A stretch of DNA of 64,000 nucleotides, from NCBI GenBank assembly GCA_004764695.1, contig SMSO01000033.1:2542001-2606000 (forward strand). The letters run 5' to 3'. Origin of the DNA: Schizochytrium sp. TIO01 (lineage: Eukaryota > Protista > Bigyra: Labyrinthulomycetes). The translations under genes were made by a program, and so were the position numbers. Position 1 is the stretch's first letter. Each line of letters opens with the position of its first letter. Shown piece by piece: positions 23,421 to 36,200 of this stretch. The notes under the pieces are model-generated. The model was not told the origin of the DNA. It saw nothing but the letters and a program-made list of their open reading frames with translations, and made no database searches.

Positions 23421-26001
23421 TTACGTGAACACCTCAAATACTCCTCTGGTGCGGGCGCAAGTCAAGTTGCTCGTGGTCCAGCCGGGCCAATTGACGACGT
23501 CAGCGTACTTTTCCTTTCTTGAAGAACCTCTAATACGTCTCCGGAGAGTGTTATAACTTCGCAGGGTATCCTGTTCAGAATGTTCATAGTGGCTGTTACG
23601 ACGGCTGCTACTCTGCCGCGAGCGATGCATTTCATCCAGCGGGTTTTCTCCATCGTGATGACTATTAGTTGTAGACCGCCCAATGGAGTTTGTATTAGCA
23701 TCATTTATCTCCTTTATATTGTCGAGAGATTTCGTACCCATGATTGAAGAATCACTGAAGTCACCTGCGCTTACCGAAGGCACGTTGCGGAGATGGTGAC
23801 GCATGTCGTAGCGCTGCTGGTCTACACGAAGTTTCATAACAAGTGCACGATTGGCCACAGATCGACGCTGGATCTCTCGCTCAATTTGAAGCTCCCGGGC
23901 AAGTTTCTTGGCCTCTGTACCATGGATTGTGTGATAAAGTCCAGCACGGGAGTCCATATTCTCAATGCGATGAGCCTCGAGGGAGTCTACATGCTCGGTA
24001 CTTTTGCCAGCCATGCTTCGGTCATGCAAGCTACGAAGCCGTTGTGATATAACCGAATCATCAAGTGCTAGACCATGTTTTGGTAAAGATGCTCTACGTG
24101 AGACATCGATGGCGTCATTGTCCTCTTGAGGCTCCTTTATATTCAAACGCACCTCATCTATAATCGCCGTGGCACTATTAACAGAGCTGTTTTCCAGGTC
24201 ATCCTTTGACCCCGAGCTTGAGCTCTCGACCTCTTTTGTGTCAAAGATATTATTAGGAAATGCAACGTGATGGGATGTCTTTTTTCCTACACTACCATCA
24301 CTTTGGGTACTGCGAGCGCTTGCACCAGATGTTCCGAAAACTCCGTCTAAAGATCGAGACGGTTTTGACCGAGAAATTTGGCTGGTGAGTTCCTCGGATA
24401 CAGCATCCGTTGCTTCGTTGCGCTCCTCGGCATCTTCCTCGTCTTCATCACTACTAGTTGCGTCCAAGTTTAGTGGCTTGAGCTCTTCGGTATTTGAATA
24501 TGGTTCAGCCTGGTTAGTATTCGTTGGAGTGCCCGAACCCTTGATATCGTCCGGGTTGATGCTAAACAGGTCAAAGAGCTTTGACGTAGATGAAGTTTGT
24601 GGCGCATTGACGGAGTCGCTTTCCTCAGAAAGCCTGCGCAAAGTGTCAACAGCCTTGTCATTTCCGGGCTCTTTAATTTCGTCAAGCTTGTTGCGGAACC
24701 TAAAGTTCTTCATGAGCGCGCGGTGACGGTCCATGGCCGACTTTTCAAGTTTCGCATCGCCTGCATAAGCGTCCTTGTCAAGCTCTGGGCTATCGTATTC
24801 ACCGGGTTCTGAGTCGAGACCCTCTTGTTTATGAATCCGGGCTTTAGATTTCAGAGCAGTAAAGTCACGTTCACGACAGGCATAAAAGACCTCTGGCACT
24901 TCCATGTACTGGATGGAACTCATATCATCATCGAAGGCCACAGTATAGTACACAGTTGGCAGATTGTTTACGGAGGGTTCAAACGGGAGTTCGAGTTGTG
25001 CAGCTGTTTCGTTTACAGCAACCAGAATCCATGTACTTGCACCAGCAATGGCCCCAGCAAGCACATATGAGGTAGGGAAGAAGGAGGCCATGATAATGGG
25101 GGTCAGAATCGCCCAGGTGTGAATCATCATACTAGTAAGCTGGACGAAAGGAAAGGGGAACGGGGTCTCTGAGATCCGGCGGGCGTTGTTAAAATACATG
25201 TTTGCGTTCGTCTGCACCTGAAAGGCACGACTCAAAATAGCGTCTCCAGCACGAAATGCTTCACGGTTTTCCATGATCAAGCGATGCATCCACGATGCGA
25301 CTTGGATGGGACGCTTGCGGTCACGAGCTAAAAGTTCTACCTCTTCCTGGTTTAGGTTGACACGGTGGTGCAGAGCAAAATCTATTCCCTGAAACTCCTC
25401 CAAAGCTAGTTCATGGTAGGCACGGCACCAGCGGATAATCGTTTCCCGGAGGACCTGGACATGCTCTGTGTCATCTAAGAGAAAGGAGTTTAAGAAGGAC
25501 ACAAAGTCATGCATCTTTGATGCCATGTTAAAGTATGCAAGTTGGGCTTCTGCATAGCGCGAGTATGCGATCTGTGCGCGGTACACGACGGTAAAACCTA
25601 CAATAAAACTAATACTCTGTGGTAGTTGGCACAAGAAGGCAAGAATCCAAAGTGCCACAGCAAGAGCCAAGTAAGCAAGCAGTAAAGCATCATTTAGACA
25701 CTTCGTCAGTTGATAGCCCTTTTCAATCGTCTTTCAGAAATGCAGAAATACATCAAGGCATTTATTCGGTTCTGTGAAAAAAAAAAATCTTCGTAAAAGA
25801 CAAACTTACCCCAAAATACGACGTACTCTGAAGCACGTGGAGCCCGAGCCAATCTCTAAGTGGCGTAAGGTATGCAAAAATCGTCGCAATAATGGCAGAT
25901 GCGGCAGCTATGGGCATGGATCTCCACGAAAAGAGCGCACTGCCCGCTTGGTGCAGGAAGATGTCATATCCTCCAAGTTTGCGAGAATCATAGACAATCA
26001 T
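23421..26001 (-). CDS. Bestrophin-like (UPF0187/YneE/VCCN-type) anion channel with a long disordered C-terminus, 795 aa, 2 exons
   Basis: Exons 26001-25810 and 25616-23421; phase-0 intron GTAAG...CCACAG joins ...TSYFG|SISFIVGFTVVYR. Motifs VYRAQIAYSRY, RISETPFPFPFVQ and ETAAQLELPF. Confidence 0.83.
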
Positions 26002-28683
26002 TTTGTCCACCAAAGCTCAACCTGACATGCCCTTCCCGTACGATATTCTTCAAACTCAAATCCAAAGCCGATCTTTCCAATCACACCAATCTAGCACTGC
26101 ACAGCAACCAGAAGCCGAGCTCTGCAAACTTTGCGAGGTCCGCGAGCTGGGTAGACCTCCTTGGAATAGTAAGAAACTCGTCGGTACCCAGGTAGCGCAA
26201 TCAGGGTTTTCGCAGGCAAGCAAAAGACGCAGGGGTCAGTACCGGAACGAGTTCACCCCCGTTGACCTCACGGACTTCGACCTCCTCCGCAAACGCTGCG
26301 GCCTTTAGAAGGTCCGCAGACACTGCCTCGGAGCGGTGAAAGGGCTCTGCTAAAGCCTCGTGGGCCACGAAACCGAATGAATAAAAGAGTGAATGAATTA
26401 CATTACTTTCTAACAAACAAACAAACAAACAAACAGAGGAAACAAAGGAAACATTAAAAAAAAATAACAATGAAATAAATTTATTTCCCCCCCCTCACTA
26501 GTTATAGGTACCTATTTCCTATCACTTCTCCAATCACGTTTTCATAATTCCATTAAAATGGCTCCGATTTCACCATCATCATCATCGCCAATCAAACTGT
26601 GATCGATGTTTCTTTCCGTCGCTTTCGGTGTATGTGTGTCTCTCTGTGTGTGTATACATATACGCATACGTACATGAATCGTCCGTGCGTACTCAGCGCT
26701 TCATTGAGGGAAACCAACATCAGAACGTCGTCGCTTTTGATGAAATGTTCTGTACTACTTCATTATCATCATCGCAAAACGGAGGGACTTCCGAACCTCT
26801 AAGAAAGCGCAGCAGTGAAGTGAGTTGAGTGCTTCAGCCCACAAATGATTGGGATCGTTCCAGAGTTAGTTTCTTGAAGCATTCCTGCACAATCGAGGTT
26901 TGTCTGCACGCACGAGTTGAGTGGAGTGGAGTGGAGTGGAGTTGAGACTTTCCCTGCTGGTTCTTGGATGTTGGTTGCGAACATAATCGACTAACTTTGT
27001 TCGCTCAAGCGGTTCGCAGCTCGCTGGAGCTGAGGACTTTGCACAAATAAATATATATATACCTGCATGTGCAGGCACTCTCGAAGGTGGTCAAGACCGA
27101 GCGAATTGGGTACGTACATACATTTGGGAATCCTCGAGATCGCCATGCGAACAAGTGACATACATACATACGCACATATATACATGCATGCCAAGAAGGC
27201 ATTGGTCGCATACGTTGCCGTCGTTGCCGTCGTTGTCGAGTAGCAAGTAGCGAACAAAGGCTCAAGGTCGATGCTGATTGGCAGCGAAGGAAGCCGACGA
27301 CGAAACCGAGCTCAGGTTTTGGTTTGTGCTGGTGCCGTTCGACACAATTGGTTTTGATTGATGATTTGCTATTTATTTATTGCCTTTCGTATTGGTATCG
27401 ATCACAGGCACTGACCGCTATTCCTCATCGCTTACGGTGCCAAGAGCGAGCACGATGAAGAAGGTATGAAGCAAGTCCTAACTCCGGCAGTGCAGGCGAC
27501 GGTCTTGATGAGGATATCCGGGAACCGCGACGACGAGGTCAACGTCGAGCGCAGCGAGTTCGACGCTCACAGAACTGACCATCATTGCCTACCTTCGCTT
27601 AGGCAGGAACTAGCGAACTTTGCCATTCCTTCCAATCGTTGCGAGCGTGAGTTTCATTCGCTGCACAATCACCCAAAGGTGGACGCTGCCAGAGGGTTGA
27701 AATTCGCGTCGGGAGGTGCTTCTTGCCACCGACCTCGCCGTTCGCTGTCTGCTCAGGGTTTGTGATTGATCGAGCTCGAGTATTCATTTCTTCTTGGCTG
27801 GAGAATCAATCGCCTTTAGACCCGGAGTTGGCGAACTTGGCGTTCTCGTTCTTGGCGTTCTTTGGGGTGTTCTGATGACGGGCGTAGCGCCTAGCTAGCG
27901 ATTTGACTAGCACTAAGAAGGTCTACATGGTGAGAAGTTCTCTCGTTGAGGCTGTCTTTCATCCTCCTGAGAAGAGCTTCTGTGACAGCACGTATGACAT
28001 GAAGAGAGACCTCGCAAAGTGTAGTGGATGAAGCTTTTGGTGGCGAGGGAGAAGCCGAGTCGAAGTTGCGTATTTTTATGTGGGTGCTTGAGCTGGGTGA
28101 AAAGTCACCGAGAACGGAAACATCGGGTTCGTTGGCTGGTGCCTCTACCACAAATTTGCAGCGCCACTGAGGGTTCACCCTGGTGATTTAACTCTGGCGC
28201 CGATTATTGCGAGCGCAGGAATCGTATGGACGCCGATGGCCACCAGTTACAGCCCCGCGGGGGACGGGGGACTTTGATTTTCTGATGCATGCCTGGGCAC
28301 TCACTCTAATCAAAGTCATCAGTTACCACCGCGCTTCGATGCTCTTATTTTCGGCCGATGCATATTCGCTGCCGTTTGATACATGTCATTGTGCTTTAGT
28401 CCCAACTTCTCTAGCTAGATTGCAAAGCGGAAGAAGAGGAAGCACGGGACCTTATAATATACTAACAAACACAATTGAATTAAAGCAAAATTGTATCTTA
28501 ATGGCATTTAGAATAGTGTTGACTGTTTTGAAGGTCAATGGATAACCATGGTGCTGTCCACCCAATGGAACTGTAACACTGAAAAATCTGATCGATCTAG
28601 AAGACCATAGTTTGCCGACAACCAGAGAATTTTTTTATTAAAGGCTAAAAAACAAGCCTGGCTTACTTGCCCGAATGTATATT

Positions 28684-30243
28684 TTAAACGATGATGGAAG
28701 CCTCATTGAATAGCTTCGAACGTAATTTTGATAAGCTCCACGCGCGATGATTGGCAAGATGTTGTGGTCCTTGTGCTGCCAGGTCTCGAAGCATACGTGG
28801 GTTGCACAAGGTGCAGCAATTCGCTACACGTGTGGGATTCACTTTGCGGGATGGTGCCACTCGCTTGTATTCTTTGAAAATATTCATATAGTTCGCTTTT
28901 CCTGGTACAAAGCGAGAGACCATCTGGAGGTAATTTGTATCAAAGGCGTCTTCCGGTGGTAAAGTTCTCCATACATGATATTCGTCATACGCGGTTTGAT
29001 TGTTTGTCAGATACAGTAGGTAATCTGCCAGGTCTTTTGGTGAAGCGAAATCATGGACATTGATGAAAGAGCGCCGCGTGGTAATGTTGAAAACATCAGG
29101 AGCACCCATGTATATTGGAATCGGCCCAAAACTCAGCGTCTTCATCAACTTCTCTGTCACGTATCCATCCAGGATAGTATTCTCGAAGGCTAAGTAGAAC
29201 TTGTACTTGGCAGCTAAGTCCGCCATATTTTGCAATGGCTTTGGAGGCGTTTTTGCACCTTTTCCGCATGAACCATAGTGATCAATGGACCCTACTGACT
29301 TGGGTAAAATTTTCTCGAGTTCGCTGATGTATTCTCCGCGGCGGCTTGAAGTTGGTTCGCAGTTACTAATGACTGAGAGCGCAAACAAAGGGCGTCCAGA
29401 CTCGCTCACAAGCTTTGCAACCTGCTTATTTCGCTGTACATAGGTCACAGGCCTTACAAGGAAATTGGGATTCAGTAGTCTATTCCAAAAATGAATACCC
29501 ATCACAAAGTCCACGTTTGACTGAGCTTCCTGAGTCACGTGGCTGGCTTCACGTAAATAGATTACACGGTATCGACGCGTCGTCTGATCAGGCATGAAAC
29601 GAGGGATCTCATGATCCCAAAGCTTGAAGCGTGTTAGGCGTTCAGCGTCTGAGCGATCAACAACCACAATTCCTGCTTTACTAAGATCGCCACCCTCCTT
29701 GACCTGAAACATCTTGCACCCAGTGTCTTGCAAACATCCTGGACTCCCAGGTCCTGAGTTGACTGGACACCCGGAGAATCTTTGAAGAGCCGTAGCTGAC
29801 TCGCCGAGCATGCGCCCGTAAAAAGCAACCTGCATGTTAGCCCTTTCTGTTTTGGACCCATTATAATACTCCTCAAATTTAGTACCGCAGTTCGCTTCCT
29901 CGATGAGATTCTGTGGATTGCGGCAATCCTTTGCGCCGACAAATGAAGGCGAATTCTTATTCTTCGCTCCTGGCTCATCATAATCTTCTGGCTCCACCTC
30001 TTCAGATGGATCACCATGATCGTCTGCTTTAAAAGATGGGTTTAGACTTGCTCTCAAAGCTGCAGTCTCTACCCCGATGTTCTTGAGGCCGAAATCACAT
30101 TTTTGCTCCCAAAACAAATTTAATGAAATGAGGACTACTATTGTAATGCTCAGCAGTATGAAGGAATGCCTTTGTTGTGCCACACATCGGTACTGATCTC
30201 TTGGTTTATTTACGTCTGACCTTGGGCTTCCACACCCACGCAT
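28684..30243 (-). CDS. Alpha-1,3/4-fucosyltransferase (GT10), type II membrane protein, about 519 aa
   Basis: N-terminal TM (FILLSITIVVLISLNLF), VISNC, and the GT10 signature YKFYLAFENTILDGYVTEKL...PIYMGA...FINVHDFASPKDLADYL...AYDEYHVWR. Confidence 0.92.
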   Translation of the reverse strand: MRGCGSPRSDVNKPRDQYRCVAQQRHSFILLSITIVVLISLNLFWEQKCDFGLKNIGVETAALRASLNPSFKADDHGDPSEEVEPEDYDEPGAKNKNSPSFVGAKDCRNPQNLIEEANCGTKFEEYYNGSKTERANMQVAFYGRMLGESATALQRFSGCPVNSGPGSPGCLQDTGCKMFQVKEGGDLSKAGIVVVDRSDAERLTRFKLWDHEIPRFMPDQTTRRYRVIYLREASHVTQEAQSNVDFVMGIHFWNRLLNPNFLVRPVTYVQRNKQVAKLVSESGRPLFALSVISNCEPTSSRRGEYISELEKILPKSVGSIDHYGSCGKGAKTPPKPLQNMADLAAKYKFYLAFENTILDGYVTEKLMKTLSFGPIPIYMGAPDVFNITTRRSFINVHDFASPKDLADYLLYLTNNQTAYDEYHVWRTLPPEDAFDTNYLQMVSRFVPGKANYMNIFKEYKRVAPSRKVNPTRVANCCTLCNPRMLRDLAAQGPQHLANHRAWSLSKLRSKLFNEASIIV

Positions 30244-31749
30244 CTTCGTGCGCAAGTCTCTCTCTTCGCTGCTCGCTCAGAGTAGCAAAGTCCAGCTAAT
30301 TCGGGCTCGATCTTTTGATCGTTCGAAAAGGCAAGAACAGGTCTGCTCGTAGCTCCTTGTCCACAAACGACCCACTGCGTGTCCACTTGCGCTGCACCGA
30401 GGTTTCCTCGACTGCTTCGTCTTGCGTTGGCGCTCTGCAGACTCGCAGTTCAAGGTCAGCAGTGATAAACTTGTCTGACGTACTACGTGCCACTCTTGCC
30501 GGCACGTACTCTTTCTCTTTATCCCTCACACAATCGTTTTTACAACTTTACCAAAAACTTTTTAAACAATCAATCAAAGGCGAAGTAAAAGTTGGGGTCC
30601 TCGCTCCGTGAGGGGTGCACATAAGAAGACTTGCTTTTCAGCGCACGCTATGACAAAGGTGGGGTACTCGAAGGGCACCTGCAGTAGGACCCGCTACCGA
30701 GGTACTAGGCCTGGGGGGGCGTAATCGCGGAAGATGTGCACAGTGCCCCCCTCGAACGCACCCTGGCATTGGTTGGAGGTGTTGCTAAATTACTCAGAGC
30801 TGCAGTGACTCTCATTGTTCTGAGGTAATAATAATTCGCGAGAAAGAAGAAACCTTTTAGAAAGGATTGGTGAAGAGACAGCCTATCGATGTCCCTTTCT
30901 GCGCATCGCGTACTGCCCATGCACTTTGGGGAATGGCAACTCCAAGGTCTTGGTGTTTGCTGTGAGGGAGTCTGAGGTTGGTTGGGAAGGTCGACCCGGA
31001 TCTTCGTTTGGAGAGGGTTTCTGCACTCGCCGAAGGGCTTTGCATCGTCGCATAGGATATGGGGACATGACCCCTTGACACTGAACCCTTGACGCTGAAG
31101 CTGGGCAGTATATACTGCAGGGAGATTGATTCTTTTCTTGGTTTTAGAGCGTCTGTGAAAAGGTTTCCAGGACTAGGTAAGTGTGTACCTACCTCCCCGG
31201 AAAATGGAAATCATTTTTATAGAATAAAAAATATTTTCTAATTTGAGGGTCAGCATATGATAATAGTACTAATACAGAAAAGTACCGTTGAGTTTCTGCA
31301 ATTGAACCAACGATTGAACGAACAATTAAACAAAGATGTATAGGCCTGCGTACGTTTGTAAACAAGACAGAAAACTATGGATGTGGATGGATGGATAGGA
31401 GATGGTAAATGGTAGAATGCGATGAGAGACGGAGTTGAAAGAAGCCCGAAAAGTGACGACCTCGGGCAATATAAATAAGCTGTAGACCAAACTTTCTCTC
31501 AAGACAAAGAAAAAAAAATCGTCAACGATGAAGTAGCAAGTTAGAGTAAAAGAAAGAAGACCGGATGTTGCAGTAATAGCAAAGATTAGCAAAACCCTCA
31601 CTGATCGTGTGTGAAAACTAAGTCAAACGCACGACACTTAGAATACATTTCAACGCGTTGTGAGGCTTACCGAAGACTAGATTTCATCAACTGAAGCACA
31701 TCTTATAAGTTCAACTTCTTTACACAAGCTTCGAGACTATTGTCGAGGA

Positions 31750-32496
31750 CCATGAGTTTAGCATTGTATACATTCCGCCTCGCCTCGTAAGGATGAGACA
31801 TCTTGCAATCCTGCAAGGCTCTCGTTAAAGCCCGGCTGCGGATGTCTGCTGTCATGTGCCTGCACAACGCTTTGCAAGTCGCTCTGAAATGGCAGATTTT
31901 GGCAGAGGAGACTTGCTGATATTGGAGTCACAGAAGTCCTCGCTCTGGGTGCGGATGGGACCGTCTTTAGCAGCAAGCCACAGACGTTTTAGAAACTCTG
32001 CTGCCTGAGCCCAAAGCTTATGGTGCACTTACCAACATCGGACTTGTCGCATACCCACAGATGCGCAAGCACTTGCTTGTCAATGATAACAGTTTTCTGG
32101 CGTCTATGGAACGCAAGGCTACAATTCTGCAGGAGGGCAAGCAGGACCCTGCAAAAGATACTTTTCAAGCTACGCAGCTTGGAATCAATGTAGAACTGGC
32201 TCGCATGGCGCCAGAGGTTACATACTCGTGTGCCATTTTCCCGCGACGTTGAAATCTGCACAGGTGTGTTTGGGCTAATTGAGGCCTCCATGACTCGTCG
32301 CATTGCTGCCCGGCTCGGTTTTGGCAAGTACCTGCTAGATGAGGTAGAAAAAATGCCATCAAATACTTTGATGAACTATTACTCTGCGGAGTTTTGCAAA
32401 GTTTGCGAGCCTGCTTCTTCCTCACTCTATGCATCAGCCTTTGACACAAAGGTCTTGGCAGCGCTCGAATATTACAAACATATGGAGCTTAAGTGA
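31750..32496 (+). pseudogene. Probable decayed gene (frameshifted coding-like fragments), product unknown
   Basis: Overlapping protein-like ORFs 32061-32252 and 32230-32496 in different frames, with more short coding-like pieces upstream, in a higher-GC island between AT-rich flanks. No splice sites were found that repair the frames. Confidence 0.35.
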
Positions 32497-33247
32497 ACTC
32501 TTCCGGGTTTATAAACCTCAGACGCAAAGCTACTAGTCTATACTTTTGTACATCATGCATTATGATCTTTATGTAGCCATGGTATCGCTGGAACTTCCAT
32601 AGACCCATACTTCCCTCGGCAATTATAACCATTAGACCAAATACCTAAACCATCTTTGTTGTATCTACTTTCTCAATTCACGTACTTTGAATGTTTAATC
32701 TACTACAATGGCATCGATATACCTTTTTACTTATTCGATGAATTACAGAACCTAGTACGTAGGTATCACTCTTAAGAGGTAGCCTCCTTGTTTAGTAGTT
32801 TGTTATCAATCTATTGTTTCCTGTTGTATTCCATTTTGAAGTGTTCGTGTTATTTCGTAAAGTCCCAAAATCAAAAAAGTGAAATCCGAGACAATGACAG
32901 ACACAATAAACTGATCGCCCGACACGTTTTTTGAACAAACCAGGAAACCAAGTTGACCTCAAATCGAAGTGGATTTTAAAACAAAATGAAACGTGTTAAT
33001 ACAAAGATTTCACTGTTGAAGGTTCTACAAAGCCTTACTCCAACTATGTAGAACAAACATTATGTTCAAACTTGCATCCAAACGAAAAGAACAAAATTGA
33101 ACTCATCCTCTGGACAAACTGTTCTTACAAGACTTATTCTCAAAAAAAAAATTAAGGCGGTTATGAAGGAAGAATATCTCCAAGATCTATTAAAATGCAA
33201 TCGAAGAATAATCAAAGCTTGGGCTTATAGGGTGAAGTTTTAGGAAG

Positions 33248-36200
33248 CTACTCTAGCTCAAATTCAGCCCCAACAATATCTGGAGTTAGCAACGGCTCGA
33301 GTTTAGCTCTCAGAACGCTTGGAAGACTTCTGCCTTGTATATTTTCGCTCCAGTACATACGCAGACGCTCCGCACGAACCACTCGCCACGCCTCATGCAC
33401 TTGCTCTGGAGAGTCAGGATAATATAAGTCGACACTACGTCTTCTGCTGCATTTTCTTATATGAGTGTAGCAAGCTTGCTTGTTCTTGGAGCTGTATTCA
33501 AGACACCAAGCACAAAACCGATGCCCGCAGCTACCATTGCCACAGATCACAGCAGAGCATCCCTCAAATTCGTCAAAGCGAGCCTTACAATTTGGACAGC
33601 TCGTAATCAAGAGTTTTTCTTTCATGTGCTGCAAATGCATCTTTGCTTCTAAGCTCAGCCCGCCTTCTTCAAGAATCACTGCCATGCGCTTTTCAATCTC
33701 CTCTTCGACCCGAACTAAAGCATCGCTTTCCGCTTTCATCTGCGCGATCCGCAAAAGGTGTCTCAGAGCCCTTGGCGCAAGGCGCGCAATATCTTGGCCC
33801 ATGATTCTTCCATCGCATTTATCCTCCACGCATTTCATCGTTCCATCGGCACCCACAGTCACAGAGGCTTCTGGGTCCGTAGCAGCTTCTACTGAGCTTG
33901 CGATACAGTCTCGGCAAAGGAAATGTTCTCTCTCGCAGCACGTGCCCTCGGAAAGCGGGATGTCATCCAAGCATACAGGACACCTTACTAAAGGGTCTGC
34001 GGCAACCCCGAATGCCTCAAGCGCTTCAACGGCACTTGGACGATGCTCAGGATTTATCGCTTTGAGAGAGTTTATGAGCGACTGTATTGCAGATGTTCGC
34101 TCACGGGGATATAGCTTCTCTAGGACTACACCCACAGAGTACATATCCATTGCAGTTTCGAACCTGTCTACGGGCCCAGTCTGCAATTCAGGAGCAAGGT
34201 ACTGTGCCGTCGCCTGAAGAGATGTGTATGTTGCTGTGGAATCCGCTACTTTCATACCATCGAAATCCCCAAGCAGTGGGGTCTCGATACTCGTGAGGAA
34301 GATGTTCTCTGGCTTGATGTCGCAGTGTACGATGTTCAGAGCATGCATGTCAGCCACCCCAATGAGTAAGCCTGAGGCAAGTCGATTCCGCGTAGCATTG
34401 TCTGCGTTGGGGTGTTTTTTAATCCATTCTGCCAAGTTGCCTTGCTCGTAGAAGGGCATCACGATGCATCCGCGTGGTACTCCATGTACTTTACTAACAA
34501 AGACACCGATAATGCGGATTATATGTCGCGAAGCGACCTTGCCTAGATTCGCAGCTTGCATGTAGAAAGCCCTAATTTGACTCGGATGCCCGAGTTGAAA
34601 CTGCTTTAGAACGAGAGTTTTGCCAGCGCTATCTAGCACCTTCTGTACCGTCTTGCCACTCCTCGTAACCAGAAGCTCTCCAACAGGCTGGAAATCCGAA
34701 ATTTCTATGTTTGCTAGCCAGAGATCAGAGCAAGCCACCTCAAGGACACCATCTGCACTTACATGTACCTTTTCGAGCCATGCTTGGTCTTTCAGTAGTT
34801 CTGGGTAATGCTCCTGCGCGTGTTGCAGAGTTTCGGCAAGTTTATGACGAAATGTTTTGCTCAGCTCGATAGGGGTACCTTCAGAGAGAATAAGCTCTTG
34901 TTTTTTTATTCGACGCTCGAAGTACGCTTTATCTTCTTCCTCCAGGTTCTTCCCCTCGAGGTCTCTTTTGGCTCTCTTGATAATTTCCGTCGCATCTCGC
35001 GACCTGGCAAGTTTCTCGTATAGCTCTATAACACAAGAGACATTGGTTTCTTTCGAACTCAAAAGCACATAGTCGTATAACTCCGCAATGTCCTCCGGTG
35101 AAAGAATGATAGGTTCATCTACCTTGAAGTCTTGGGTTGACTTCTCCAAACCATCAAATACTGAGCTGATAGCGCATAGTACCTCTGTCACTGTGCCACG
35201 AAACGTATCCCCTTTCAGGTCCTCAAGCTCTTCCTGCAGAGCATTTTGAAGTTCAGAAAGCTCAGGCTTCAGTTTTGTGGACTTTTCAGGCTCCCTCATA
35301 GCAACCCTGAATGCGTCACCAAGTCCCAACTCACTCACTCGCAAAATGACTTTTTCCACCGCTTCTTCGCTTCGTTGATTAACGTTACTCTGATAACTAC
35401 TTTGGCTCGCCTTGTACTCTTTGACGCACTTGTCAGCCCGACCAAGCAACTCCTGGCAGTCTTTGAAGTCAGCCGCGCATGCACGTCCATCCAATGCTGC
35501 GCCACTTATGCTCAGACCCTGCAACAAACTGGCAAGCCTTTCCTTAAAGCCACGAACTTGAACCTCATTGCTTTCGTAGAACCCAGTCCGAACCCAAGGG
35601 TGCACATTTTGCACGAGTGAACGCAAGCGCGCTCTTTCATCGTTTCGCTCCGCAATGAGCTGAGATAAACCAGCCGGAGAGCTTTCACGAATCCGGGCTT
35701 GGCAAGATTCTAAACGGTCTTTGGAGTTCGTGATGTCACTAGAAGTCTGTTTCAACTTCAATTGAACAAAGTGGCCTTGAATGACTGGGCCTGCGAACTC
35801 CTCAAACAGTGCAATCGCGGTCTGCAGGGAGTCTTCTCTAGCCACACCACGGCCTGCCCGCGTGTGCGAGACCTCCTTGGCGAGCTGCACCACGTCAGCA
35901 AAGCTCACCCCACCCATGTCCGGTGGTTCTCTGAGGTATGGTTGGCGAAACGCAGTAACAGCAGATGCTCAAGTCAGGATTCCATTCGATAGATGCTTCA
36001 ACACAGCTCGTGCACCAGACATTTATTTCAATCACGACGGAGAGACTCAATGCCCCTACCATCAAAGAATCAAACTTACATAGCATCTTCTGAGCCCCTG
36101 GCCTCTGCACAAGGTTCGTTCGCCTCATCAATGCAGACACAGGAATCAGGGTCCGGGGCTGCAATATCCTCTCCAGGAGTACACACCTTTGCAAACAATT

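Noticed and set aside
27790-28178. Minus-strand 95-aa ORF and adjacent Pro/Arg-rich frames
   Set aside because: Non-ATG start, closed by a stop four codons upstream, and no motif; cannot be distinguished from chance or UTR sequence.
35895-36194. 99-aa minus ORF with Cys pairs (CTSC, CCYC) suggesting an extra Zn finger
   Set aside because: Out of frame with exon 36232-36080 and runs through intron 36079-35931; the spliced model explains the region with canonical sites.
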